Positions 19,137-28,626 of a DNA stretch of 64,000 nucleotides are shown here, piece by piece (positions within the stretch are counted from its first letter, which is position 1; every line of letters begins with the position of its first letter). This DNA is from an uncultured Actinomycetota bacterium (GTDB lineage: Bacteria; Actinomycetota; Actinomycetes; JAFAQI01). The position numbers and the translations under genes are program-made. The notes below the pieces were generated by a model. That model was not told the origin of the DNA, made no database searches, and saw nothing but the letters and a program-made list of their open reading frames with translations. Location: contig CAVYQE010000010.1 in assembly GCA_963770565.1 (NCBI GenBank), positions 32,001 to 96,000 of the forward strand, read 5' to 3'.

Positions 19137-20607
19137 GTGGAGACACAGGGCAACGAAGGCTCGTCCTTTCCGCCGGTTGTCACGTCGGAGTCAACGGCTT
19201 CGGTCGGCCTGACCCCGCTGGACCCGGGCTGGACCCCTGACGGCGGAATGGTGACCTCGCCGTCCGCACCGCCGGCCACCTTGGCCCCGCCGGCTCCGAC
19301 GGTTGCGCCACCTGCACCCGCGCCGGTCCCGGCACCGACTGTGGCACCGGTCGCTCCGGTGGCCGCGCCCGCGCCGACCCCGGCTCCGGCATACGCCCCG
19401 CCGCTGCCGACGGTCTCCCCGAACCTGCCCCCGATGGCACCGCCCACACCGGACGCCGACGCGTTGACCAACGTGAACTCCCAGGTCGAGCTCGACACCA
19501 GCTACGCCCGCGCCGCGCTCGAAGAGGACAGCGGGATCGAGGCCGCGTTGCTGTCCGAGCTGCTCGTCGAGTGCCAGGACGGCGGCGCCTCCGACCTTCA
19601 CCTGACCGCAGGTGCTCGCCCGACGCTGCGGATCAACGGCACCCTGGTGCCGATGGAGGATCGCGCGATCCTCACCCCGCCGGTCATCCAGCGGATGCTG
19701 TACGCGATCCTCACCCAGAAGCAGCGCGAGCGGTTCGAGGAAGAGCTCGAGCTCGACTTCGCCTACTCGGTGCCCGGCCGGGCCCGCTTCCGGGTCAACC
19801 TCTACCGGCAGCGCGACGCGCTCGGCGCCGCCTTCCGGCTCATCCCGTACGAGATCAAGAAGCTCGAAGAGCTCGGCGTCCCGCCGAGCGTCGCCAACTT
19901 CGCCATGCTGCCGCGTGGCTTCGTCCTCGTCACCGGCCCGACCGGCTCGGGTAAGTCGACGACGCTCGCAGCGCTGGTCGACCTGGCCAACCGCCAGCGG
20001 CGCGACCACATCATGACCGTCGAGGACCCGATCGAGTTCCTGCACACGCACCAGGCCTGCCTGGTCAACCAGCGCGAGGTCGGCGAGGACACCCACTCGT
20101 TCCAGAACGCGCTCAAGCACGTGCTGCGCCAGGACCCCGACATCATCCTGGTCGGCGAAATGCGTGACCTGGAGACGATCTCGGTCGCGCTGACCGCGGC
20201 CGAGACCGGCCACCTCGTCTTCGCCACCCTGCACACCCAGGACGCGGCGCAGACCATCGACCGCATCATCGACGTCTTCCCGCCGCACCAGCAGCAGCAG
20301 GTCCGGGTGCAGCTCGCCGGCGCCCTTCAGGGCGTCGTCTGCCAGACGCTGTGCAAGACCTACGACGGCAAGGGCCGCGTGGTTGCGACCGAGGTGCTGG
20401 TCGCGACTCCCGCGATCCGCAACCTCATCCGCGAGGGCAAGACCCACCAGATCTACTCCGCGCTGCAGGCCGGCGCCAAGCACGGCATGCACACCATGGA
20501 CCAGCACCTGGCCGAGCTGGTCAAGTCGGGCCGGATCACCTACGAGACCGGCGCTCGAGAAGTGCCACCACGTCGAGGACTTCAACCGGCTCACCGGCCG
20601 GGCCTGA
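19137..20607 (+). CDS. pilT: Type IV pilus retraction ATPase PilT with long Pro-rich N-terminal extension (one apparent frameshift near 20550)
   Basis: [56 protein letters not shown]; C-terminus [18 protein letters not shown] in next frame. Confidence 0.93.
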
Positions 20608-20618
20608 AAGGAAGCACG

Positions 20619-21862
20619 ATGGCAACCGTCACGACGTACGAGTACTCGGTCCGCGACCGGGCGGGCAAGATGGTCAACGGTGAGCTCGAGGCCGAGACGC
20701 CGAGTCAGCGGTCGTCCAGCGGCTGAAGGCGATGGGCTATGCCCCCGTGTCGATCTCCGAGGCCAACACCGGCCTGAACAAGGAGCTGAAGATCCCGGGC
20801 TTCGGCAACAAGGTGAAGCTCAAGGACCTGGCGATCTTCTCGCGCCAGTTCGCGACGATGATCAACTCCGGCCTGTCGCTGCTGCGCGCGCTGAGCATCC
20901 TCGCCGAGCAGACGGAGAACAAGGAGCTCGCGCGGGTCCTCGCGCGAGGTCCGCAACGACGTCGAGGCCGGCGCCGCGCTGTCGCTGGCCATGGGCAAGC
21001 ACTCCCGAAGGTCTTCCCGCCGCTGATGGTCAACATGATGCAAGGCCGGCGAGGTCGGCGGTTTCCTCGACGCGGTGCTGCTGCAGATCGCGGAGAACTA
21101 CGAGTCCGAGGTCAAGCTGCGCGGCAAGATCAAGTCCGCGATGACCTACCCGGTCGTGGTCGTTCATGCATCGCGATCATCGCGCTGATCGGCATGCTGC
21201 TCTTCATCGTGCCGTCGTTCGCGAAGATGTTCGGCTCGCTCGGCGGCAAGCTGCCGGCGCCGACGCAGATCCTCGTCGACCTGTCGCACGTCGATGAAGT
21301 TCATCCTGCCGTCATGATCGTCGGTGCTGGTCGTCGGCAGTCATCGGTCTGGAACAAGGTCAAGCACCAGCGAGCGGGTCCGCAAGGTCGTCGACCCGTT
21401 GAAGCTGAAGTGCCGGTCTTCGGCATGCTTGTTCCAGAAGATCGCGCTCAGCCGCTTCGCCCGCAACCTGGGCACCATGATGTCGTTCCGGCGTGCCGAT
21501 CCTGCAGAGCCTCGACATCGTCGCCGACACGACCGGCAACGTGGTACTATCACCGCGGCGGTCCGCGACGTGCAGGACAGCGTCCGCAACGGCGAGTCGC
21601 TCACCGCAGCCGCTGAGCACGCACGACGTGTTCCCACCGATGGTCGTGCAGATGATGGCGGTCGGCGAGGACGACCGGTGCGCTCGACACGATGCTGGCC
21701 AAGATCAGCGAGTTCTACGACCAGGAGGTCGAAGCGACGACCGAGGCGCTCACCGCGCTGATCGAGCCCCTGATGATCGCCTTCCTCGGCGGCATCGTCG
21801 GATCGATGATCGTCGCGCTGTACATGCCGATCTTCGAGGTCTACAACCACGTCGGAAGCTGA
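20619..21862 (+). CDS. pilC: Type IV pilus platform protein PilC (T2SS-F family; roughly 15-20 apparent indels)
   Basis: KVKLKDLAIFSRQFATMINSGLSLLRAL, GEVGGFLD, KIKSAMTYP, GVPILQSL, VGEDTGALDTML, LIEPLMI..LG.IVG.MIVALYMPIF across shifting frames. Confidence 0.88.
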
Positions 21863-21915
21863 TCAAGCGGCCGAATGGCCTAATCAAATTCCACCAAACA
21901 TGTGGCCTACGGCCC

Positions 21916-21941
21916 TTCAAGTCTGGACCTGGAAAGCCGAT
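21916..21941 (+). promoter_or_regulatory. sigma28/FliA/WhiG-like promoter upstream of riboswitch and pilA
   Basis: TTCAAG-N14-GCCGAT, about 25 bp before the riboswitch. Confidence 0.65.
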
Positions 21942-21965
21942 CTATCCCATGTCATCGAGCCGTAA

Positions 21966-22054
21966 GGCCAGGCAAGGGCACACCCGTCGTGAGGCGGGGT
22001 CGCAAAGCTACGGGACTCAAGGCCCACCGCGAGTCAGCCGAGCTGCCTCGGCCG
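21966..22054 (+). ncRNA. c-di-GMP-I (GEMM) riboswitch in the 5' UTR of the major pilin
   Basis: AGGGCACA-CCCGTC-GTGA(GNRA)-GGCGGG-GTCGCAAAGCTACGGGAC...GTCAGCCGAGCTGCC matches the GEMM architecture (GGCA.A, P2 with GNRA loop, CGCAAAGC junction, P3, GCUGCC end). Confidence 0.88.
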
Positions 22055-22134
22055 GCGCCTCTTAACGGAGGAGCCGCGCAGAGGGGGAGCGCTCACCAGC
22101 GCGGCTCACCGAAAGTACTACGGAAGGATCCGCA

Positions 22135-22575
22135 ATGCTTGCTCGACTCCGCAAGATGCAGGAGGAGAACGAGGGCGGCTTCACGCTCATCGAGCTCCTG
22201 GTCGTGATCATCATTATCGGCATCCTTGCCGCGATCGCGATCCCGGTCTTCCTCCAGCAGCGCAAGAAGGGCTACGACGCGGCGATCAAGTCCGACCTCG
22301 TCGCTGCCGCGACTGCTGAAGAGACCTACCTGACCGACTTCAACACCTACACCGACAGCACGGCGAACCTGTCCACCTCTGAGACCTTCAAGTTCTCGGC
22401 GGCCGGCGACTACACCAACAACACCCAGGCGCTGACCATCGTGTCCGCCACGAACCAGGGTTACTGCATCACCGGTGTCGCTGCCTCGGGCAACAAGTGG
22501 TTCTACGACAGTGGCAACGGTGGCGTTCAGCCGCTGGCGACCACGTACACCTGCTCTGTCTCAGGCGCAGCCTGA
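22135..22575 (+). CDS. pilA: Type IVa major pilin
   Basis: Class III signal EGG/FTLIELLVVIIIIGILAAIAIP; two C-terminal Cys; RBS GGAAGGA; behind riboswitch and followed by strong hairpin. Confidence 0.93.
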   Translation: MLARLRKMQEENEGGFTLIELLVVIIIIGILAAIAIPVFLQQRKKGYDAAIKSDLVAAATAEETYLTDFNTYTDSTANLSTSETFKFSAAGDYTNNTQALTIVSATNQGYCITGVAASGNKWFYDSGNGGVQPLATTYTCSVSGAA

Positions 22576-22585
22576 TCCAGCGCTA

Positions 22586-22623
22586 CGTCGGAGGCCCGCG
22601 GCGCCTGCTGCGGGCCTCCGACG
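22586..22623 (+). terminator. Strong stem-loop after pilA (terminator or mRNA stabiliser)
   Basis: CGTCGGAGGCCCGC (22586-22599) is the perfect reverse complement of GCGGGCCTCCGACG (22610-22623). Confidence 0.75.
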
Positions 22624-22683
22624 CTTGTAAGCGGTTTCCGAACGTCACTTGATCGATCCGACCCGTCACAGGAGGCGACGAAC

Positions 22684-23133
22684 ATGCACGGTCTGATGGC
22701 CCGGCGCTCGTCCGCCGACGCCGACACCGGGTTCAGCATGATCGAGCTTCTCGTCGTGATCATCATCATCGGCATCCTGGCCGCGGTCGCGATCCCAGTC
22801 TTCCTCCAGCAGCGCAAGAAGGGCTACGACGCGGCGATCAAGTCCGACCTCGTCGCCGCCGCCAGCGCCGAGGAGGCATACATCACTGAGCAGAACGTCT
22901 ACACCGACAGCGTCAACACGCTGAAGAGCGCAGAGGGCTTCAAGTTCTCCCAGGCCGGCTCGTACAGCGGCGGGACGGCAACGATCACCGTCGTGTCGAA
23001 CTCGAACATGGGCTACTGCATCACGGCGACCGCGGCGTCGGGCAACACCTGGTTCTACGACAGCGGCAACGGGGGCCTGCAGCCGTTGAACACCAGCGGG
23101 ACATACACCTGCTCGGTCTCCGGAGCTTCATAG
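22684..23133 (+). CDS. Type IVa pilin, paralogue 2
   Basis: DTG/FSMIELLVVIIIIGILAAVAIP; RBS AGGAGG; closely similar to pilA. Confidence 0.92.
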   Translation: MHGLMARRSSADADTGFSMIELLVVIIIIGILAAVAIPVFLQQRKKGYDAAIKSDLVAAASAEEAYITEQNVYTDSVNTLKSAEGFKFSQAGSYSGGTATITVVSNSNMGYCITATAASGNTWFYDSGNGGLQPLNTSGTYTCSVSGAS

Positions 23134-23182
23134 CCGGGGCACGAGCCCACATAGCCGAGGTAAGTCGAGGGGAGGGCCTCAG

Positions 23183-23632
23183 ATGACGATCTTGAGCGCT
23201 CGACGGCTGGCAGACGACACCGAGCGCGGATTCACGCTCATCGAGCTTCTCGTCGTCATCATCATCATCGGAATCCTCGCGGCGATCGCGATCCCGGTCT
23301 TCCTCAACCAGCGGCTGAAGGCGTACGACACGGCGTCGAAGAACGATCTTCGTAATCTGGCCAACTTCGAAGAGATCTACCTCGACGACTTCTCGTCCTA
23401 CGGCACGATCGCCAGCGTCCAGGCCAACGAGCCGACCGTGAAGGCCAGCGGCGGAGTGACGCTCTCGGTCGTCGACTACATCGGCAACGCCGGCTACTGC
23501 CTGTCGGCGTCACACGTGGGCGACCCCAAGGTCTGGTACTACGACAGCCAGGGCGGCGGCCTGCAGCCGAACGGCGCGTCCGGGTGCCCCGTCACCACGG
23601 GTGGCACGCCCGGCGACAGCATCACCGGCTGA
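23183..23632 (+). CDS. Type IVa pilin, paralogue 3
   Basis: ERG/FTLIELLVVIIIIGILAAIAIP; GYC...WYYDS..GGLQP...C. Confidence 0.92.
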   Translation: MTILSARRLADDTERGFTLIELLVVIIIIGILAAIAIPVFLNQRLKAYDTASKNDLRNLANFEEIYLDDFSSYGTIASVQANEPTVKASGGVTLSVVDYIGNAGYCLSASHVGDPKVWYYDSQGGGLQPNGASGCPVTTGGTPGDSITG

Positions 23633-23655
23633 TCGGACGATCCACCCAGATGGCT

Positions 23656-23682
23656 ATCAATCAGCGGCACGCTCGTGCCGAT
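23656..23682 (+). promoter_or_regulatory. sigma28/FliA/WhiG-like promoter upstream of the minor pilin operon
   Basis: ATCAAT-N15-GCCGATAG, 9 bp before GTG 23692. Confidence 0.55.
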
Positions 23683-23691
23683 AGTGCGACG

Positions 23692-26172
23692 GTGACCCGC
23701 TTCTTGACGCGCGCCCTCGCACCCCGTCGCGGCTCCGACGAGGGCTTCTCCATGGTCGAGATGATGGTCGCGTTGCTCATCATCGCGATCGTCTCCGCCG
23801 CCAGCGTCGCGTTCTTCGTCGACAACATCCGCGGGGTCAACGATCAGCGCCAGCACCAAGAGGCGGTCTATCTGGCCGACCAGCAGATGGAGACGGTCGA
23901 GTCGTTGCCGGTCGCGAAGCTGGTCGCCGGCCGTACCCAGACAGAGGTCAACGCCCTCTACACCACGGCAGCCGCGACCAAGCTCAACATCACCGGCCAG
24001 GACGACACCTCCAACGCCGGCAACTACGACTCGACCGCGAGCTCGACCGGTAGCGAGACGGTGCCGCTGACTGTCACTCAGACGGTCAACAAGGTTCCGT
24101 ACGCGCTGACCACGTTCATCGACGTGTGCTGGTACAGCAATGTGACCGGCTTCTGCACGCCGACGTCGGGCGCGACGACCACCCAGGAATACCGCGTGTC
24201 CGTCTACGTCACCTGGAAGTCTCCCGGTGCGTGCGCGAGCGGCTGCAACTACTCGACCAGCACCCTGATCGACCCGAGCGCCGACCCGTTGTTCAACACG
24301 AACATCAGTTCGCCGACCGGGACCCTGACGACCCCCGCGTCCGGGACGGTCGACAACGACAACGACGCCAGCAGCTGCACGACCAACGGCAACACGTTCG
24401 CCGGCACGCTCTTTAAGATCACCGGCGGCGCAAATCTCAAGTCGAATATCAGAGTTCTGATCTCGGCCGGCGGTGGCGCGATCCCGCCCGCGAGCATCTA
24501 CCAGCCGGTCGCGGCCGAGGTCGACTTCTGCCTGCAGACCTATGACGTGCCGGGTCCTTACACGCTCTCGATCATCAACACCGATGGCGGGCACTTCCAG
24601 ACCTCGATCACCGAGACGGCGAACATCACCGGCGCCGGCGGCTGGACGCCGACGGTGCGGAACCTGACCCTGACCGGTGGCGGCTTCGAGTCCGGCGCCA
24701 CCTTCACCGCGACCGGAGCGAGCTGGTCGGCGGCCAACCCGCTGGTGAGCGGCAAGAGCATCAACAAAGGCGACAGCACCGACGACTCGGTGGTGCTGAC
24801 CAACTTCGTCGGTCCGACCAACGGCGGCACCGCCGTCATCACGATGACGAACCCGGACCTGACGTCCGACACGTGGACGATCACCGCTCCCAAGGTGACC
24901 GCGCTGAGCCGGACGGTGATCGTGGCCGGCCAGAACATGGCCGTGTCGGTGACCGGCACCGGCTTCCAGAACGGGCTCACTCCGGTCGTCACCAACGCCA
25001 CCCTGTCCGCAACGGTGGTCTCGTCGAGCTCGGTCAGCATGGTGATGACCGGCATGGTGGCCGGCACCAATGCGACCGTGATCCTCGAGAACCCCGACGG
25101 CGGCACCACCGCGACGATGTCGTTCCCGGTCGATCCGCCCCCGGTTGTGCTCAGCGCGACCCCGAACAAGATCGTGGCCGGCCAGGCGATGAACGTCACC
25201 GTCACCGGTACCGGCTTCGTCTCGGGCATGACGCTGTCGCAGACCAACGGAACCGCGCTGACCGTGATCTCGCTGAACTCGACCACGTTGGTGCTGTCGA
25301 TCACGGCCGCCACCGCGGGGTCCGACGCGATCACGATGACGAACCCGGACGGTGGTACGACGAGCTTCTCGCTCACCGTCGACCCGCCGCCGGTGATCGC
25401 CTCCTCATCGCCGAGCCCGCTGCTCGTGAGCGTTGCGCACACGGTGACCTTGACCGGTACCGGCTTCGTCAGCGGACTGACCGTGGCCGCGGCCAACGGC
25501 AGCTTCACACTCGGAACGGTCACCCCGACGTCGATCACCCTGACCAACTTCCTCTCGAGCACCGTCGGGTCGGACGTGGTCACGGTCACCAACCCCGACG
25601 GCGGCATCGGCGTCTACACGCTGACCATCTCGCCCCCGCCGACCCTGACCTCGATCACCGGCGCCCCCGTGGTGAAGAGCCAGGCGAAGACGATCACGCT
25701 GGTCGGCACCGGCTTCCAGGCCGGCCTGAGCGTTACGGCGAGCAACGGCACCTGGACGGTCGGGACGATCACGGCGACCTCGATCGTGCTGAACAACTTC
25801 ACCGCGACCGCTACGGGCACGGACACGATCAACGTGACCAACCCCGACGGTGGCACTGCTTCCATCGGCCTTACGGTTGACGCTGCGCCCACGATCACTG
25901 CGGTGACGCCGGCGACAGTGAAGCACAACACGGCGAAGACGTACACGCTGACGGGTACCGGCTTCGTGACCGGCGCGACGATCACGATCACCGAGAACGG
26001 TACGTCGATGACGGGCATCTCGGCGACGACGGTGTTGAGCTCGACCTCGCTCACATTCAGCGCCACGGCGCGCGCGACGCCGACCTCCGGGAATGCAACC
26101 GTGGTGATCACCGTCACCAACCCGGACGGCGGAGTCAGTAACGCGTTCTCCAAGACCATGACGGCGAGCTGA
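23692..26172 (+). CDS. Large minor pilin (PilV-like N-terminus) with 6-7 tandem IPT/TIG-like Ig repeats
   Basis: DEG/FSMVEMMVALL; repeated P.I....P / V.LTGTGF..G / VTNPDGG units of about 80 aa; start uncertain (23650 or 23692). Confidence 0.85.
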   Translation: MTRFLTRALAPRRGSDEGFSMVEMMVALLIIAIVSAASVAFFVDNIRGVNDQRQHQEAVYLADQQMETVESLPVAKLVAGRTQTEVNALYTTAAATKLNITGQDDTSNAGNYDSTASSTGSETVPLTVTQTVNKVPYALTTFIDVCWYSNVTGFCTPTSGATTTQEYRVSVYVTWKSPGACASGCNYSTSTLIDPSADPLFNTNISSPTGTLTTPASGTVDNDNDASSCTTNGNTFAGTLFKITGGANLKSNIRVLISAGGGAIPPASIYQPVAAEVDFCLQTYDVPGPYTLSIINTDGGHFQTSITETANITGAGGWTPTVRNLTLTGGGFESGATFTATGASWSAANPLVSGKSINKGDSTDDSVVLTNFVGPTNGGTAVITMTNPDLTSDTWTITAPKVTALSRTVIVAGQNMAVSVTGTGFQNGLTPVVTNATLSATVVSSSSVSMVMTGMVAGTNATVILENPDGGTTATMSFPVDPPPVVLSATPNKIVAGQAMNVTVTGTGFVSGMTLSQTNGTALTVISLNSTTLVLSITAATAGSDAITMTNPDGGTTSFSLTVDPPPVIASSSPSPLLVSVAHTVTLTGTGFVSGLTVAAANGSFTLGTVTPTSITLTNFLSSTVGSDVVTVTNPDGGIGVYTLTISPPPTLTSITGAPVVKSQAKTITLVGTGFQAGLSVTASNGTWTVGTITATSIVLNNFTATATGTDTINVTNPDGGTASIGLTVDAAPTITAVTPATVKHNTAKTYTLTGTGFVTGATITITENGTSMTGISATTVLSSTSLTFSATARATPTSGNATVVITVTNPDGGVSNAFSKTMTAS

Positions 26173-26174
26173 CC

Positions 26175-26798
26175 ATGCGAGCGAACCTGCGGCGCCGGCT
26201 GCGCAAGTCGGACGAGGGAACCAGCCTCATCGAGCTGCTGGTCGTAATGATCATCTTCACGATGATCATGGCGATCATCACCACCGCAATCGTGAACATG
26301 GTGCACGAGGGCCAGCGGCAGTCCGGGCAGAGCAACGACATGAGCGCCGCGCGCAAGGTGATCACGATCCTCGATCACTCGGCGCGCTACGCCAATGCGA
26401 TCACGGCCCCGGGCACCGGCACCGACGGCAACTTCTACGTCGAGTTCCAGACGGGGAACAACGGCCAGCAGCAGACCTGCACGCAGTGGCGCTGGGTGCA
26501 GACCGGCGGCAAGCTGCAGTGGCGGACCTGGCAGCCGCCGTTGAGCGGCATCGGCTCGGTCACGGCCACCAACTGGTCCACAGCCGCGATCGGCATCAGC
26601 AAGATCGGGTCGACGCCGGTGTTCTCGATCGCGGTCGCCTCGTCGGCCGACGCCAAGGAGCAGCTCACCGTGGCGTTCACCGCGACCAGCGGCGCGCCGT
26701 CGACGAGCTCCTCGAGCCAGGTGACCTTGACCGCGATCAACTCCGCCTCAAACAGTGCACCTCTCGCCGCAACATGCACCCAGGTTGGTCGTCCATGA
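26175..26798 (+). CDS. Minor pilin (PilW/PulJ-like)
   Basis: DEG/TSLIELLVVMIIF class III signal; two Cys. Confidence 0.85.
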   Translation: MRANLRRRLRKSDEGTSLIELLVVMIIFTMIMAIITTAIVNMVHEGQRQSGQSNDMSAARKVITILDHSARYANAITAPGTGTDGNFYVEFQTGNNGQQQTCTQWRWVQTGGKLQWRTWQPPLSGIGSVTATNWSTAAIGISKIGSTPVFSIAVASSADAKEQLTVAFTATSGAPSTSSSSQVTLTAINSASNSAPLAATCTQVGRP

Positions 26799-28558
26799 AC
26801 CGATTGATCCGCATCGTGCGCAGCCGCCAGAACAACGACGGCGGCTTCGCCATGATCTTCACGCTCTTCCTGATCCTGATCATTGCGGTGGTGAGCGTCA
26901 CGGTCGCCGACATCATGATCAACCAGGTCGGCCCGACCACGCTCGCGCAGAAGCAGGTGCGGACAGTCGATGCAGCGTCCGCGGGCATGCAGGCCGCGCT
27001 CGGCCAGCTGCGCAACACCTCGACGAACGGCGGCGGTGACCTCACCAAGCTGCCGTGCTCGGACACCACCGACTCGGGCGGCGTGACGCTGACCGTCGGT
27101 ACCCCCAAGCAGACCGTCTCGGTCGCCGGTGACCAGATCAACGGGACGGTCGAGCAGGTCACGCCGGCCAACACGGTCGCGACCTACCGCACCGTGATCG
27201 CCTACTTCCAGACCGACCCGACCTCGCACGAGGCCGACTCCTCGACGACCTGGTGGGCCAACAACGCGATCCCGTGCAAGGCCGGCATCGTGAAGTACGT
27301 CCCGACGTACGCGTTCATCCAGTCGTACGGACTAGGCCAGACGCTCCCGAACCAGGCCGCGACCGAGGGCAACCGCACCCTGCATGCGGTCTACCAGTTC
27401 AACGCGACCAACACCAACACGGTCGGCGGCCGGATGGCCGAGTTCAACAGCAGCGCTCAGGACACGATGTGCCTCGACACTGGCCGCGCCGAGCCGACCG
27501 CCGGCACTGTGGCGACGATGCAGCCCTGCCTGGCCCTCGGCACGCCACAGCAGACTTGGCAGTACCGCGCCGACCTCACCCTGTTCTACGGCGGCGACAC
27601 GACGCTGAACCTGTGCATTCAGAACGTGACCGCGACCTATGGGCATGCCGGTACGCCGAAGCTCGAGCCGTGCGCGACGATCGGGTCCGGCACGACCTAC
27701 CCGTACGCGAACCAGACGCAGCAGGAGCAGGAGTGGGCCTACAACGACAACGGCCAGCTCGAAGCGCCTGACATCAACAACGGAAGCGTCGGCGGCGGCA
27801 CTGCGCCGGACCCGGGTGGCTGCCTCGAGGGCGCCGGTGTCACCACCTCCGCAGCGGCGGTGGCCGGCGCGGCCCTCAGCGTCGTCACCTGCAGCGGCTC
27901 GTCTGGCGACCTCACCGCGTGGAACCCCGACCCGCAGGTCGGCGCCGGCAAGTCCGGTGGCAACGTGACCGGTATCCCCGGTGCGCCGACCCAGCAGTAC
28001 GTCAACTACGCGATGTTTGGGAACTGCCTCGACGTCAACGGCCAGCAGTTCGGCAACAAGCTGATCGCCTACCCGTGCAAGCAGGCGCCGGACTCGACGA
28101 CCCTGACCTGGAACCAGCTGTGGCATTTCCAGACCGTGTCGGGCTCGTACGGCATCTTCTACACGAACTGCTCGGCCGGGGCGAGCGGTTGCATCCCGTC
28201 GAGCCCGGCCTCATCGGTGAAGGACTGCCTGGTCTCACCGGGCACCCTCAACGGCCTGGTGTACGGCGTGCAGTGCCCGACCGGCACGCCGCCGGACAAC
28301 GAGCTGTGGGACCCGACCGGCGTCGTCTCCGGCAACTACCCGAGCTCTTACCTGCTTATCAACAAGGCGGACGGCTACTGCATGGCGCCGGATCCGACCC
28401 AGCGGTCGAACGGCTGGGCGCAGATTGCCGTTACAACCTGCGACGGCACCAACATTCCGTCCGGCGCGGGCGCGAAGAACTCGTTGCTGCTGAAGTGGAA
28501 CGCGCCGGCGACGAACCCCAACGCCGGGTTGAGCAGCATCCAGGAAGACTCCAACTAG
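26795..28558 (+). CDS. PilX-like minor pilin with ricin-B (beta-trefoil) lectin repeats
   Basis: DGG/FAMIFTL (no Glu5, PilX hallmark), AASAGMQAAL; repeated CLD...C....Q.W units (QQTW, QEW, NQLW, NELW); ATGA overlap with upstream gene. Confidence 0.82.
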   Translation: MNRLIRIVRSRQNNDGGFAMIFTLFLILIIAVVSVTVADIMINQVGPTTLAQKQVRTVDAASAGMQAALGQLRNTSTNGGGDLTKLPCSDTTDSGGVTLTVGTPKQTVSVAGDQINGTVEQVTPANTVATYRTVIAYFQTDPTSHEADSSTTWWANNAIPCKAGIVKYVPTYAFIQSYGLGQTLPNQAATEGNRTLHAVYQFNATNTNTVGGRMAEFNSSAQDTMCLDTGRAEPTAGTVATMQPCLALGTPQQTWQYRADLTLFYGGDTTLNLCIQNVTATYGHAGTPKLEPCATIGSGTTYPYANQTQQEQEWAYNDNGQLEAPDINNGSVGGGTAPDPGGCLEGAGVTTSAAAVAGAALSVVTCSGSSGDLTAWNPDPQVGAGKSGGNVTGIPGAPTQQYVNYAMFGNCLDVNGQQFGNKLIAYPCKQAPDSTTLTWNQLWHFQTVSGSYGIFYTNCSAGASGCIPSSPASSVKDCLVSPGTLNGLVYGVQCPTGTPPDNELWDPTGVVSGNYPSSYLLINKADGYCMAPDPTQRSNGWAQIAVTTCDGTNIPSGAGAKNSLLLKWNAPATNPNAGLSSIQEDSN

Positions 28559-28569
28559 CGCTGGTGATC

Positions 28570-28592
28570 GGCGGCTCGCGGATCGAGCCGCC
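28570..28592 (+). terminator. GC-rich hairpin after minor pilin operon
   Basis: GGCGGCTCG-CGGAT-CGAGCCGCC, 9-bp stem. Confidence 0.45.
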
Positions 28593-28626
28593 CGGCACCG
28601 TCGCGCCGAACCGGTAGCCTCCTCGC

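Noticed and set aside
17343-21862. Programmed frameshifting or phase variation in pilB/pilC
   Set aside because: Too many indels, not in slippery or simple-repeat tracts; assembly error is more parsimonious
21966-22054. 3',3'-cGAMP (GEMM-Ib) riboswitch paired with a Hypr cyclase
   Set aside because: Position 20 is G and the cyclase keeps Asp at the specificity site, by manual alignment
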